From NCBI RefSeq assembly GCF_006345805.1, contig NC_043004.1, positions 25,916,001 to 25,980,000 of the forward strand: 64,000 nucleotides of DNA, given 5' to 3'. Source of the stretch: Octopus sinensis (Eukaryota). The position numbers and the translations under genes were made by a program. Below, in pieces: positions 49,607 to 61,815 of the stretch. How positions within the stretch are numbered: position 1 is the first letter of the stretch; the number at the start of each line of letters is the position of its first letter. The notes beneath the pieces are model-generated. The model saw nothing but the letters and a program-made list of their open reading frames with translations, was not told where the DNA came from and searched no databases.

Positions 49607-50491
49607 GGTGTTCCAGAAGTTTTGGGCACATTTCAAGTCTTCGTATCTGCTGGACTATGATTGGTAGTAAGATGAAACTGGTACCATTTTAAAGCTAAAT
49701 TCATTAAGTTTTTTGTAATGCTAATGATTTTTTCATATTTTTTCAGATCCAGTAATGGCGTTCACTCAACCAGAAAAGGTGTTCTACAAAAGCTGAATCA
49801 TGGACACTTGTTCAAAGTGCATTTCACACAAAATTCCGAAAAGAGGCACCAAAGAGGAAGTTCATATTGAGATGGCATTATAATTTCATGAAGGATGGGT
49901 GTTTTTTCCCAGGTAAGAGAATGTGATGCCCCTCAACTTCAGATGATACGGCTGAGCGAGTTCGGACTGCCTTCGAGCGGAGTCCCTGTAAATTGATCAG
50001 AAGAGCCAGTAGGGACTCCATTTTCCAACGGGATGGGGTGTCACCGCACTGGAGACTCAGGGTTAGATAGTATCTGAACACAACACTGCCAGACAGATGG
50101 ATTGTATGGTCTAGGTGAGATGATTGCGTTCTCATGCCCTGGCCTCCCAGGTCTCCAGATCTCACACCCTGCGATTTCTTTTTGTGGGCATTTGTGAAAG
50201 GACTGGTCTATGTGCCTCCCCTTCCAAAAGACGTGGATGAACTGAAGGCCCGAATAACGAAAGCTCTTGCAACCATCAACAACGCAATGCTGGAATGTGT
50301 TTGGCAAGAATTGGACTATCGGCATGATGTGTGCCATGTGACCAATGGTACCTACATTGAACATCTTTGAACATTCCATAAAAAAACTTGAAATTGCAGG
50401 CTTTCAGAATATATCAGATGCGTTTTTATGTCCTTAATAGTTTTCAAGATATTCAATGTCAAAATGTGCCCAAGACTTCTGGAACACCCTG
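49604..50491 (+). mobile_element. internally deleted Tc1/mariner element (rosa/DD41D-like group) with both TIRs and TA flanks
   Basis: TA|CAGGGTGTTCCAGAAGTTTTGGGCACATTT ... AAATGTGCCCAAGACTTCTGGAACACCCTG|TA; FQRDGVSPHW...RWIV...WPPRSPDLTPCDFFLW. Confidence 0.93.
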
Positions 50492-50514
50492 TATATCCCA
50501 TCCAACAGAAATAA

Positions 50515-51300
50515 CAGATTAACCAGATCACACGCCAATACAATCAACCACACCCTGAGATGATAACCAGTATCACAGAGTATGTAGCCAATGACTCCAG
50601 TACCACTGCTGCAGATGATGAACAAACCATTGTCATAGACACAGACAGAGTGACTTGTCCTGCACCATATGTTACCACCAGTACAATCGCCACACCTAGA
50701 GATGATGACCAATCCAGGACCAGTGACACAGAGAAGGTATCCGGCATTCCCAGTATCACCACCACAGAAGATGACCAAACTATTATCTTCAACACCGATG
50801 GGATGACTGGCTCTGCACCATATGTTGCCACTGGCAACACCCGCAATAACGCCAGCAACTACATCGCTAGTCATATGACCAGTGGTGATAACCACGGCAA
50901 TAAGACTGCCAGATCCATGTGCCATATCAACTGTGTCAGCAGCAGTGTTACCAACAGCATCTCCAGGCCTGGAGCCTATCAGAGATATACCAGGAGTACA
51001 AATAAGGCCAGATGGCAGAAACGTTAGCCCTCTGGGCGAAATGCATAGCCGTATTTCGTCTGCCGTTACGTTCTGAGTTCGAATTCCGCCGAGGTCGACT
51101 TTACCTTTCATCCTTTTGGGGTCGATAAATTAAGTACCAGTTACGCACTGGGGTTGATGTAATCGACTTAATCCATTTGTTTGTCCCCTCTATGTTTAGC
51201 CCCTTGTGGGTAGTAAAAAAAAAATAAAAATAAGGCCACATCCCAAGTTTGTAAATATATTGGATCTGCCAGTACATCTTTCAAACATCACTTTATACAT
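50515..51300 (+). mobile_element. Penelope-like GIY-YIG region with a long Thr/Asp-rich internally repeated segment, interrupted by a SINE
   Basis: Removing the SINE joins ...RSTNKA to TSQVCKYIGSASTSFKHHF (YIG motif). Confidence 0.65.
51011..51228 (+). mobile_element. SINE family B with a 10-bp TSD
   Basis: TSD aataaggcca at 51001-51010 and 51229-51238. Confidence 0.9.
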
Positions 51301-51339
51301 ATATGTGTGTGTGTATGGATGTGTGTGCGTGTGTGTGTT

Positions 51340-51600
51340 ACTTTTGTCTTGACCTGATGTGATAGTTGTAAATGAATGCCACCGTCATGCAAGTGGTGTC
51401 CTTCATTTGCAATCTTCCGTGAAAACATGTCTGATCATCAACGGGCGTATCACTTTGCTTCAAAAGAGGTGAAGATTGGTACGGGGAAGAGCATCTGGCC
51501 GCAGAAAATCTGTCTCAATAAATTCCTTCCAGCCTATGCAAGTATGGGAAAGTGAATATCTAAATAATGTTGATGAAGATTATGATGATGATATATATAT
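51340..51600 (+). mobile_element. interspersed repeat with an RTE-like 3' end; second copy at about 57075-57260
   Basis: ttcatttgcaatcttcc(g/c)tgaaaacatgt shared by both copies; ends in (GAT)n. Confidence 0.6.
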
Positions 51601-51690
51601 ATATATATATGTGTGATTCTGTCAAACCAACTAATCCATGCAAGCATACAAAATGGATGTTAACTGATGATGATGTTATTTATATGTACG

Positions 51691-51754
<64 letters not shown>

Positions 51755-51804
51755 CATATACATATATATATATATATATATATAATATATATATATACAC
51801 ATAC

Positions 51805-51845
<41 letters not shown>

Positions 51846-51846
51846 C

Positions 51847-51886
<40 letters not shown>

Positions 51887-52531
51887 GCATACACATATAT
51901 ATATATATATACACACACACACATACACATGCATGTGACTGCTGTCTCCTGTTTTGTACAGACATGTGGTGTATATATTTATAAACCTTGCAGCTGTATT
52001 TTTGTTATTTTTCTTGTATATTGTCTCATTTCTAAAAAAGACACTATTACCTCAGTTAACTACTGAAAATAAACAGCAATGAATTGAGAGCATGATAGCA
52101 AGGCTGTTGCGTGTATACATATATTCATACATGCATAATGTGTGTATTTGTCTACAAGTGTGTATGCATGCATGCGTGTGTGTGTGTGGAGGGCAATGAA
52201 CCAAATATAAACAAAACAATACAACACACACACACACAAACACGCAAAAGAAGTGTATATCATGTTGCTGGAAGAGAAGTTGAGCATGTACTGCTACCAT
52301 GCTATACCTATCTCATTAACGTATGTTGATATTGTCAGAAGGTATTTCTGGTTACCAATCGACTTGGGGTAGATTTAGGATTCTCAAATATTTTGATGTA
52401 TTTGCAAAACGTTTATGCTTGTTGTTTGTTTGTTTGTTTGGCTTTGACAAATAACCTATCAGTGAACTGTATACCTTGGTTACTAAAATAGATTACACCG
52501 TATGCACGTGTGTGTGCATATAGATATATAT

Positions 52532-52566
<35 letters not shown>

Positions 52567-52912
52567 ATATATATATATATATTTTTCATGCACACATACA
52601 CACACACACATATGCACATTCATAATACATACACATATAATATATAGATCTTCCTTTTTTGGGAACAATTATTCATGCATAGTACACATCTATTTGTTAA
52701 ACTGAACACACTATACAGCACCTGTCTGTCCGCCTGTCTCTGTCTCTCTTTTTCTGTGTGTATGTATGTATGTATGTGCATATGTATATATATATATGTA
52801 TATATGTATGTGTGTATGTATGTACGTATGTGCATGCATGTATGTATGTATGCATGCATGTATGCATGTATGTATGTATGTATGTATGTGTGTTTGTATG
52901 TATGTATCTATA

Positions 52913-53305
52913 CTCTTTTACTTGTTTCAGTCATTTGACTGCAGCCATGCTGGAGCACCGCTTTTAGTCAAGAAAGTTGACCCCAGGGCTTATTCTTTGG
53001 AAGCCTAGTACTTATTCTATCAGTCTTTTGCTGAGCTGCTAAGTTACGGGGCTTAAATACACCAGCATCGGTTGTCAAGCGATGTTGGGGGGACAAACAC
53101 AGACACACACACACATGCATATATATATATATACATGTATACGACAGGCTTCTTTCAGTTTCCATCTACCAAATCCACTCACAAGGCTTTGGTCAGCCCG
53201 AGGCTATAGTAGAAGACACTTGGCCAAGGTGCCATGCAGTGGGGCTGAACCCGGAACCATGTGGTTGGTAATCAAGCTACTTACCACACAGCCACTCCTG
53301 CGCCT
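52913..53305 (-). mobile_element. SINE family A, full length
   Basis: Complete reverse complement from ctcttttacttgtttcagtc to cttaccacacagccactcctgcgcc. Confidence 0.9.
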
Positions 53306-53515
53306 ATGTATGTATGTATTTATATATATATATGAATATATATATGTATATATATAATATAAAATAAATATAAGAGAGTGGTCACTATATGGCTCACTCT
53401 AGCACCAGTTAATCCAAAAGGTTTCAACCACAAAAATACATGTTTCCCATGAAAGTCAGTACGATTGTTAGCTCACACGGACAGGGCAAATAAAAAATAA
53501 CAAAAATACAGATTA

Positions 53516-53597
53516 TTTTGGGACAATTGTTTCGCTATTAATGAATTAAATGTAATTTTACTTACAAAAAAATCCACTTGTAGCTCGTCAGCCAAAA
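53516..53597 (-). ncRNA. type I hammerhead ribozyme, intact
   Basis: Minus strand: TTTTGG-CTGACGA-GCTA...TAGC-GAAAC aatt GTC^CCAAAA. Confidence 0.92.
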
Positions 53598-54050
53598 CTA
53601 TCTGGATGAAATCCACTCAATCACACGCCAGATTTTACCATAACGATAAATACGCGTGTGGTTCAATTGATTACATCCGACGTTATAATTCAAATGCCCC
53701 AACTAACAGTGCGCCAAACTTTCACGGAAAACAAATACTGCATTTAGAAATAAATGCAGCATAATTATAATTAATTAATAAGGGTGAGAGAATTAGATAC
53801 TAATTTAATAGTATATCTATTCAACACCAAGTGGCCTAGTGCTCCGAGAAACCTGGATTATTATAATATTTTATAATATATTATAATATTTTTACAAAAT
53901 AAATATAAGAGAGTGGTCACTATATGGCTCACTCTAGCACCAGTTAATCCAAAAGGTTTCAACCACAAAAATACATGTTTCCCATGAAAGTCAGTACGAT
54001 TGTTAGCTCACACGGACAGGGCAAATAAAAAATAACAAAAATACAGATTA

Positions 54051-54132
54051 TTTTGGGACAATTGTTTCGCTATTAATGAATTAAATGTAATTTTACTTAC
54101 AAAAAAATCCACTTGTAGCTCGTCAGCCAAAA
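54051..54132 (-). ncRNA. type I hammerhead ribozyme, intact, identical to the copy at 53516
   Basis: Same motif exactly 535 bp away. Confidence 0.92.
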
Positions 54133-54344
54133 CTATCTGGATGAAATCCACTCAATCACATGCCAGATTTTACCATAACGATAAATACGCGTGTGGTTCA
54201 ATTGATTACATCCGACGTTATAATTCAAATGCCCCAACTAACAGCGCGCCAAACTTTCATGGAAAACAAATACTGCATTTAGAAATAAATGCAGCATAAT
54301 TATAATTAATTAATAAGGGTGAGAGAATTAGATACTAATTAATT

Positions 54345-54349
54345 ATATG

Positions 54350-54423
<74 letters not shown>

Positions 54424-54428
54424 GTATG

Positions 54429-54501
<73 letters not shown>

Positions 54502-54528
54502 ATATATATGTATGTATATATATATATG

Positions 54529-54580
<52 letters not shown>

Positions 54581-54665
54581 TAGATATATAGATAGATAGA
54601 TAGATAGATAGATATACATAAATGCACACACACACACACACACACACACACCACACACACACACA
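54345..54665. repeat. compound (TA)n/(TAGA)n/(CA)n microsatellite
   Basis: Direct inspection. Confidence 0.95.
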
Positions 54666-55199
54666 TATATGTTATTCTATTTCAGCCAGTTTCAGCCAGA
54701 GGTTGTGGCCATGCTGTGTCATATATATACTAAAATGAAAAACGTTGGCTGGGAATCCAAGAATATTCTTAGATATCAAACCTGGAAAAGTACTGACCAA
54801 GCTGAAAGTACAAGACAAGAAGAAAAATAAGCTTAAAATATTGTAGTCGAAGTTAAAATTTAAAAACTAAACTAAAAATAAATGCCCTTTTATATTTTTT
54901 TATTTTTGCTTAAAACTTAAAAATAAAATACTCAATTTTAGTGGAAAAGCTAATTGCATGCACACTTAATACATTAAAAATTTGATATTACAAATTTATA
55001 TATCTAAAATATCACATAACAGTAATTTCAGCAAAATTGACAATTACAGGGTGCTGATAGTAGTCATTTGCATGATGAATGTCTCAGAAAATAATAAAAC
55101 AGCACTTTTTTTTAGATATATTTGTCAAATTTGACGTTGATGACGGCCTCCAGATGACCTCAGTACTATCAGCAGGCCTTTGTCACTATCTCCAATGGA

Positions 55200-55720
55200 A
55201 GGCCCTGGTAATCTTGGCCCTCAGCTCGTCCTCCATGTTACAGTTACCTGTCCTTGTTTTCTTTGTATCGTATATCTGGATGTTTTGTTGTCCCTTTTTG
55301 TTATCTAGGCTATTAAACCATGTGATAACTTCAGTTATGTTAGACCACAATTTGAGTTTGGTTACACATTTCAGTTTTGTTATTCTTGCTTTGCTAATTC
55401 CCTCTATATCAGATTTAGATGGGCATATTAGTCTTACCAATGGGTTATCCGGGAAGCTTTCCTTATGGTCCTTTAGGTTTATTGAGTGTCCTATGTGTAT
55501 ATGGTCTAGTCCTATCCTGTATACTCAATTTCTTAACTATTTCAAGTCCCGTCTTTTTTATACTATTTAATTTATTATATGATGTGTGATTGTATTTGCT
55601 ATGTAATTGCTTTGTTATAAGTTTGGTGTATGTATTAATATGGGATATTACAAATTATATTGTAATCATCCCATTAATACAGATTATGGTCACAAAAACA
55701 TGTGATTTGTGGAAATGCAT
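55200..55720 (-). mobile_element. Penelope-like RT N-terminal fragment (Penelope/Poseidon type)
   Basis: LKDHKESFPDNP.VRLICPSKSDIEGISK...LWSNITEVITWFNSL. Confidence 0.8.
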
Positions 55721-55934
55721 GTAGTGATGCATTAAAATATTTATAAATTCCATACTTGAATTATTATTATTATTATTATTTATGGATGGTGGGCAAAATT
55801 AGTGACCAAGGCAAAATGAGTAATTTCTAATTTCTTGTTTTCTTTCTCCAACCTGTTTGAAATCATTACATTGCAAGTATTGCATCATTGTTTTGTTGCA
55901 TCCTCATCATCATCATCATTATTATTATTATTAT

Positions 55935-56150
55935 TAAAGTGGCAAGCTAGTAGAATCGTTAGCACACCGGGCAAAATACTTAATGGCATTTTGTCCCTCT
56001 TTAAGTTCTGAGTTCAAATTCCGCTTAGGTCGACTTTGATTTTCATCCTTTCGGGGTTGACAAAAGAAGTAACAGTTGAGTACTGGAGTCAATATAATCG
56101 ACTTATTCCCTCCCAGAAATTGCTGGCCTTGTGCCACAATTTGTAGAAAA
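55935..56150 (+). mobile_element. SINE family B
   Basis: agaatcgttagcacaccgggc...gagttcaaattccgc...ttcatcctttcggggttg. Confidence 0.85.
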
Positions 56151-56306
56151 ATCATTATTATCATTATTATTCATTTTTTTCATGTACACGTACGTGTGTA
56201 TTTATCATTATTTTTATGTATTTTATTCAATTTTAGAAAATCAAAGCATGTCTGTCAATTATGGAGTGTTTTGAACTTATTTGTGCATGACTTTTAGCCC
56301 ACTCTA

Positions 56307-56590
56307 TACATATTTCTTTATTTGTACATCTTAGACTCACAGCTGTCTCTGATATGCATTATAGATGCATTCATAATTCTGTTTACGCAATTGCTTGATC
56401 GAAAAAATTGAAAGACCCAATCAAATACTCTTATCATCAGAATGTGTGGACTCTGAAAATGATAATATTTGTTAAGGTCATTCATTTTTTTCAGTCACTC
56501 TATCTACCGACTGAGAAAATGGAACTATGAATGCATCTATAATGCATATCAGAAACAGCTGTAACTCTAAGAGGCATAAATAAATACGTA
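56307..56590. mobile_element. MITE with long (about 70 bp) imperfect TIRs
   Basis: 56340-56375 and the reverse complement of 56526-56561 match at 35/36 nt; both ends are TA-terminated. Confidence 0.85.
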
Positions 56591-57764
56591 AAACCTATCA
56601 ATTATGCCTTTTCTTGTATTTTACTCTGTGAAAAATACCGTATTAACTGGGGAATGCAATGATGGATTTACAAAGGCAACAAGTGATGAAATTTAACTAC
56701 AGATCTTGCTTTGGGATAACTTGGTGTTTGTTACTAATCTGAAAACCTTTTGTTTGCCTGGTGTATTTGTATTAACAGAGAATTTGAGAAGTATTTTGTC
56801 AGGACTGATAATCCTTTATAAATAACTCATTATTCTGATATATATACTCATAACCATCTTTTTCATCACATCATCATCATCATTATCATCATCATTATTA
56901 CCATCGTCATCATTATCATCATCATCATTGCTCTGGGCTGACTGAAGTCTTGTGAGTGGACTTGGTAGACAGAAACTGAAAGAAATCCATTGTGTGTGTA
57001 CATACATACACACTCTAAAATGTGACACAAGAGGACAATAAAGGAACATATAGAAAACTGGAGAAACACATGATGGATATAGGAGTGTAAACAAACATCA
57101 CCATCATACAGTTGGTGATGTTCATTTGCAATCTTCCCTGAAAACATGTGGTCATCATAGTCCATATAATCAAAGAACTGAGAGGAGTGTTACCTTATTT
57201 GGAAGTCAGTCAGTGTTTGTGACAGGAAAAGCATCTAGTTTAACAAATTTTATCTGACACTTACAAGAGTAGAATAAAAGTATGTCAACTACCATGTAAG
57301 CTAAATTCTTGATTTTCTGAAATTGTCTCCCTTTAGAGAGAAGAGTAAACAAATGCTTTGTGGAAATTGCAATCAACTCCAAATTAGATGATTAGATAAT
57401 TTCAAATATCAAAAATTTCTCCAAAACTGACATGCTATTAAGTAAAAGGCAGCTGGAAACAAGAGTAGTGGATAATGGACATATGTCTGCGTCTAAATAG
57501 TTGTCGTTAGCTCAGCAGTTTTCCTACATTGAATTCAGAGGATGTGCTACTTAGACAAAGATATAAATTTTGTAGCTTTAGTAACGACATAGAAATTAAG
57601 TTGAAATATCAAAAAAGTTCCCATCAGATTGCAGCCCATGGTTGCATGTGCAGTGACCTTCAGGAGCAGTGTGCTGAGTCACATCGCTGTGTTTACTTTG
57701 CAAGCTGGAAATTTGTGTTTCTGTGATCACGTGTATGCTGTAGACTGCGATTTTATCATGGACA

Positions 57765-58295
57765 GGAAGTTGGAACAAAGAGCTAATGTAAAATTTTGTG
57801 TTGAACTTGGGAAGTCTGCTACAGAGACATTGAGCATGCTTCAGCAATAAGACAATGGATTGTACGCAATGTTTTGAGTGGCACGGGTGCTTCAAAAGCA
57901 AAAGAACGTCTCTGTAAAGAAAATCCATCAGCTTCTGTATGAGAATCGTTTGAGGACAATCAATGACATTGCTGATGTTGGTCTGTTGTATGGATTCTTG
58001 CAGGCAATCGTAATGTCTGACTTGAACATGTGGCGTTTCTCTGACAAGTTTGTCCCCGCCTGCTGACCGCTGAGCAAAAAGAACATCGCGTCGAATAAGA
58101 ACCCCCATCAATGTGCTGCTGATGTCCTTCATGTCAAGGATTATCACTAGTGATGAAACTTGGGCCTACGGGAGTGACATTGAGATGAATCAACAGTTGT
58201 CACAATGAAACAGCCCTTCATTTGTTTGACTAAGCCACAGCTCAATCAAGAGCTTGCTCATCGCTTTTTCTGACATCCATGGTATTGTGCTGTAC
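57765..58295 (+). mobile_element. mariner transposase pseudogene fragment (irritans-like)
   Basis: EQRANVKFCVELGKSATETLSML; KFVPRLLTAEQK; IITSDETWAYG. Confidence 0.88.
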
Positions 58296-58789
58296 ATCTT
58301 TTTACTCAGATATCACCAATTACAACAAAAATGTCTAAATAAATACAATGTGAGATGGAAATGAACTGGTAAACGACAATTTATTCTCCGTTATAAAACA
58401 CAATGACTGTCATATATGAATTAACATAACGCAATATGTTACAACAAGGATGTATGAGAACTTTGTGGTTTGGCTGGACTGTTGACGGTGTGTAGATATA
58501 ATTGATGTACTATTGGTGGTGTAGAGGCAGGCATTTGGTCTGTGGTTTTCATACAGCATGGATGTAGACAGACATCTGGTGGTGATGATGAGAGCGGAGA
58601 CTGGCTGGTGTCAGGACATCATCGTTGGAGATGTGACACATGTGTGGTCAGTGGCACGTGCCAAAGACCTTGGACAGTCAAAAACTGTCCTTATAGGGAA
58701 TAGAAGGCTACCAGAGCTGGTGAAAATTTTTCTGCCTAGAGAACATGTGATCCATTTTAGTGCATCTGATTAGTTGACTGTGTAAATAG

Positions 58790-58965
58790 GTGCCATCTAC
58801 TCGTAATACCAGAGGGCGCACACTCTCCTACCCTGATGTAATCTCCAGGGATACAGGCATCCAGCAACAGAACCTCCGTAATGCCATGATGGACCGTGAA
58901 GTCTGGCGTAGCATGGTAAATTCCATTGTCTCGACCACGGTCGAACAATGATGATGATGATGATT
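58790..58965 (+). mobile_element. RTE LINE 3' tip (second subfamily) with a (TGA)n tail
   Basis: YPDVISRDTGIQQQNLRNAMMDREVWRSMV (BovB-like MDREAWR). Confidence 0.8.
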
Positions 58966-59900
58966 AGGGGACAATTTGCGCCTAAAAATTAACCAATCAG
59001 AGCAATGGCTACAACCTGATCTTCATAACTAAGTGTTCTCTTCAACGTCCAAACAACAACAATAAATCAAAGGAAGAGAGAATAATTTGCTTTCTCTAAT
59101 TTTGTCAATCCGTTCTGTTACAGGCCTCTCTAGAGTATGGAGGAGGACAACACCCTGTCACTCAAAGTGAACAAAGAGGATAGTCTCCTCTTGGCTAGTG
59201 CCTCCATCAATGGTGATGGCCATAATAACTCGCAGCAGCGGCACCAACATCATCACCACTTCCAATGATGCCAACATCAGCAGCACCAGCACTAACAGCG
59301 CCAGTTCCAGCAACAGCAGTGGCAACAATGCCAACACCAATAGACACACCACTACCAACACCCAACCATGGAGATACATCAGTAGTTCTGGGAACTCATT
59401 CAAACAACATCTCTCCAACCATAGATCCTCCTTCAGGATGGGAGAAGTGATTGTCCCATCATTAGCCAGCCATGCATGGCAGCAGATAGAGGACGGGTTT
59501 CTACACACAATATCATGGAGAATCCTAGAAAATCCGGGCCCCTACATTAACGGGATCAATCACTGTAAATTATGCATAGCAGAACTGGTGAGGATCCTAA
59601 AGGACTTCCTTGACCCAGGGAACATCCTGAACACCAGAACGGAGGTCTTCAGTCTGTGCTTACATTGGAACCTACAGGATAGCAGGGTCACTGGTGATCG
59701 ATAGCCAAAGAGAAGACAATCCTCTTTATTGACAGAGTCCTTTCCTCCTCCATACACTAGAGAGACCTTTAGCTAACAGATTTCGGGGTCTGATGATACA
59801 CCATAAAGTGGATGGGAAACCTAAGGTAATCCCATAAACTTTCTAATTATCTAACTTTAATATATACTGCTTTATAACTTAGAGTGTGCTTCTTTTTTCG
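58965..59900 (+). mobile_element. Penelope-like element 3' fragment: GIY-YIG, C-terminal Cys motif, pseudo-LTR
   Basis: RYISSSGNSFKQHLSNHRSSFR...SLASHAW...WRILE...CKLCIAE...LNTRTEVFSLCLH. Confidence 0.88.
59785..59833 (+). ncRNA. variant type I hammerhead ribozyme in the PLE 3' region
   Basis: GGGGT-CTGATGA-taca-CCAT aaagtgg ATGG-GAAAC ctaag GTA^ATCCC; 4-nt insertion before stem II. Confidence 0.6.
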
Positions 59901-59925
59901 GATTTATGTTTACGGTCGATCCATA

Positions 59926-60467
59926 TCTATTATATAAAATCCATTCTGTCTGTCTGTGTGTGTGTGTCTTCTAAGATCTTGGGCATCCTCCATCCAATTG
60001 CGCTCAAATTTGATATGTAGATACTGATGGTATCAGGGCATGTATAAGTCTTGAAAAAATTACAAAAATCAATTCCAGATGAGAATGTGATCGATAAAGC
60101 CGTGGAAATGTGCATTTGTATGCACAAGTACATCAGCCATTGTGATGAATACTACGCGTACGCAAGAAAAATGCATGTGCAGTTTGTGCAAAAAAAGCTG
60201 ACTAGCTTGAAATAATGCCACAAAATGCAGTATATTTAAGAGACCAAAAAAGTAAGATGCAAAAGAGATATTTTCTTCAAACTTGGCATGAAGGAAGGAA
60301 AGACTATTTGGTTTCTCAAGAAGTTTTTTTTGCCTTAACTCCGTTTAACAAAACCAAAACTTTTATTGAAATAAAGGCATGCTTAATTATTTTTAATTTT
60401 TTAATGCTTTTTATTCAGCAGATATGATTCAGCAGCATCCATTGGAGGGGGGGGTGCGTTTTGCTTG
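59926..60467 (+). mobile_element. non-autonomous Helitron-like element
   Basis: A|TC tattatataaaa at the 5' end; GC-rich subterminal segment then CTTG|T (decayed CTAG). Confidence 0.55.
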
Positions 60468-60472
60468 TATAT

Positions 60473-60863
60473 ACTCTTTTACTTGTTTCAGTCATTTGAC
60501 TGCGGCCATGCTTGAGCACCACCTTTAGTCGAGCAAATCGACCCCATGACTTATTCCTTGTAAGCCTAGTACTTATTCTATCGGTATCTATTGCCAAACC
60601 GCTAAGTTACGGGGATGTAAACACACCAGCATCGGTTGTCAAGTGATGTGGGTGGTGGGGGCAAACACAGTCACACAAACATATATATATACATATATAC
60701 GACAAGCTTCTTTCAATTTCCGTCTACCAAATCCACTCACAAGGCTTTGGTCAGCCCAAGGCTATAGTAGAAGACACTTGCCCAAGGTGCCACACAGTGG
60801 GAATGAACCCGGAACCGTGTGGTTAGTAAGCAAGCTACTTACCACACAGCCACTCCTGCGCCT
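60473..60863 (-). mobile_element. SINE family A, full length
   Basis: Complete reverse complement ending cttaccacacagccactcctgcgcc. Confidence 0.9.
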
Positions 60864-60924
<61 letters not shown>

Positions 60925-61009
60925 GAGAATAAAACGAATGAGTTATACCTGGTAGCTTACTGGTAAAGCATGGTCACCTTCACAGTGTTCGTTCATTAAC
61001 CATATATAT

Positions 61010-61200
61010 ATAAAATGTAACCTTATGTGGATTGTTGGCAATTTTTTCCTCTGTCTCCTGTTTCCGATGAAGAGCTTTGCTCAAAACGTAAAAAGTACCT
61101 TTCTTTCCTTCCCTGAGCATTTGCTAATACTTTGCATGTACCACGTCCTCGCATTGTTAGTTTTTCTTGTGTTTGTTATTTATTTTTGGGGGATTTACTA
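61010..61200 (+). mobile_element. PLE pseudo-LTR-like repeat with a decayed minimal hammerhead
   Basis: gttt-CCGATGA-a-GAGC ttt GCTC-aAAAC GTA at 61060-61090 (GAAA changed to AAAA); homologous decayed motif at 46325-46352. Confidence 0.5.
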
Positions 61201-61217
61201 AATATATATACATATAT

Positions 61218-61815
61218 ATGAAGCTAGCATGCTCTGTGCTGCATGCGTAATGTCAGTGTGCACACACTACAGAGTGTAAATGATTTAAGAGGGAAATTGG
61301 GTGCAAGAGCCATCAAAATGTTGTGTGCAAGAGAGAAGACTGTGCTGGTTTGGTAATGTGATTCACATGGATGAGGACAGCTACATAAAGAAATGCTGAG
61401 CTCTGATTATGGAGGGAGCCCACGGAAGGGGTAGACCCAGGGAGACATGGGATGAAGTGCTGATAAAGTATCTTTGGATGCTGGGCCTCACTGAGGAAAT
61501 GATTAGTGACCAGCAGTTGTGGTGATTTGTTGTAACTTGAGCAGAAGTGCCAAGCTCAGTAAAATTTCTGTCTTCCATACATACACACTTGTCCTTTACA
61601 GGTGCAGGCGGCATTTAAAATGCATTTGTACTGGTGCTGCATAAATGCACCCATGCCAGCAACACGTAAAAAGCACTCAGCACACTCTGTAAAGTGGCTG
61701 GCATTGGGAAGGGCATCCAACCATGCCACAACAGACAATTGGAGTCAGGACAATTTCTCTGCTGGTCAACTCCATGTCAAACTGAAAAATAGATGTTAAA
61801 TGTTGATGATGATAG
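61218..61815 (+). mobile_element. RTE LINE 3' fragment (C-terminal coding region plus 3' UTR)
   Basis: gaagctagcatgct...ggggtagacccagggagacatgggatgaagtg...gggaagggcatccaacc...(GAT)n. Confidence 0.85.

Larger units (their letters stand above)
53361..54340 (-). mobile_element. tandem array of a 535-bp HHR-bearing unit (1.83 copies); retrozyme-like or PLE pseudo-LTR array
   Basis: aaaataaatataagagagtgg at 53361 and 53896; only three substitutions seen over 445 bp, all C/T; flanked by (TA)n on both sides. Confidence 0.92.

Noticed and set aside
50434-51111. 225-aa minus-strand ORF
   Set aside because: It begins inside a SINE and is the antisense shadow of the plus-strand Thr/Asp-rich frame
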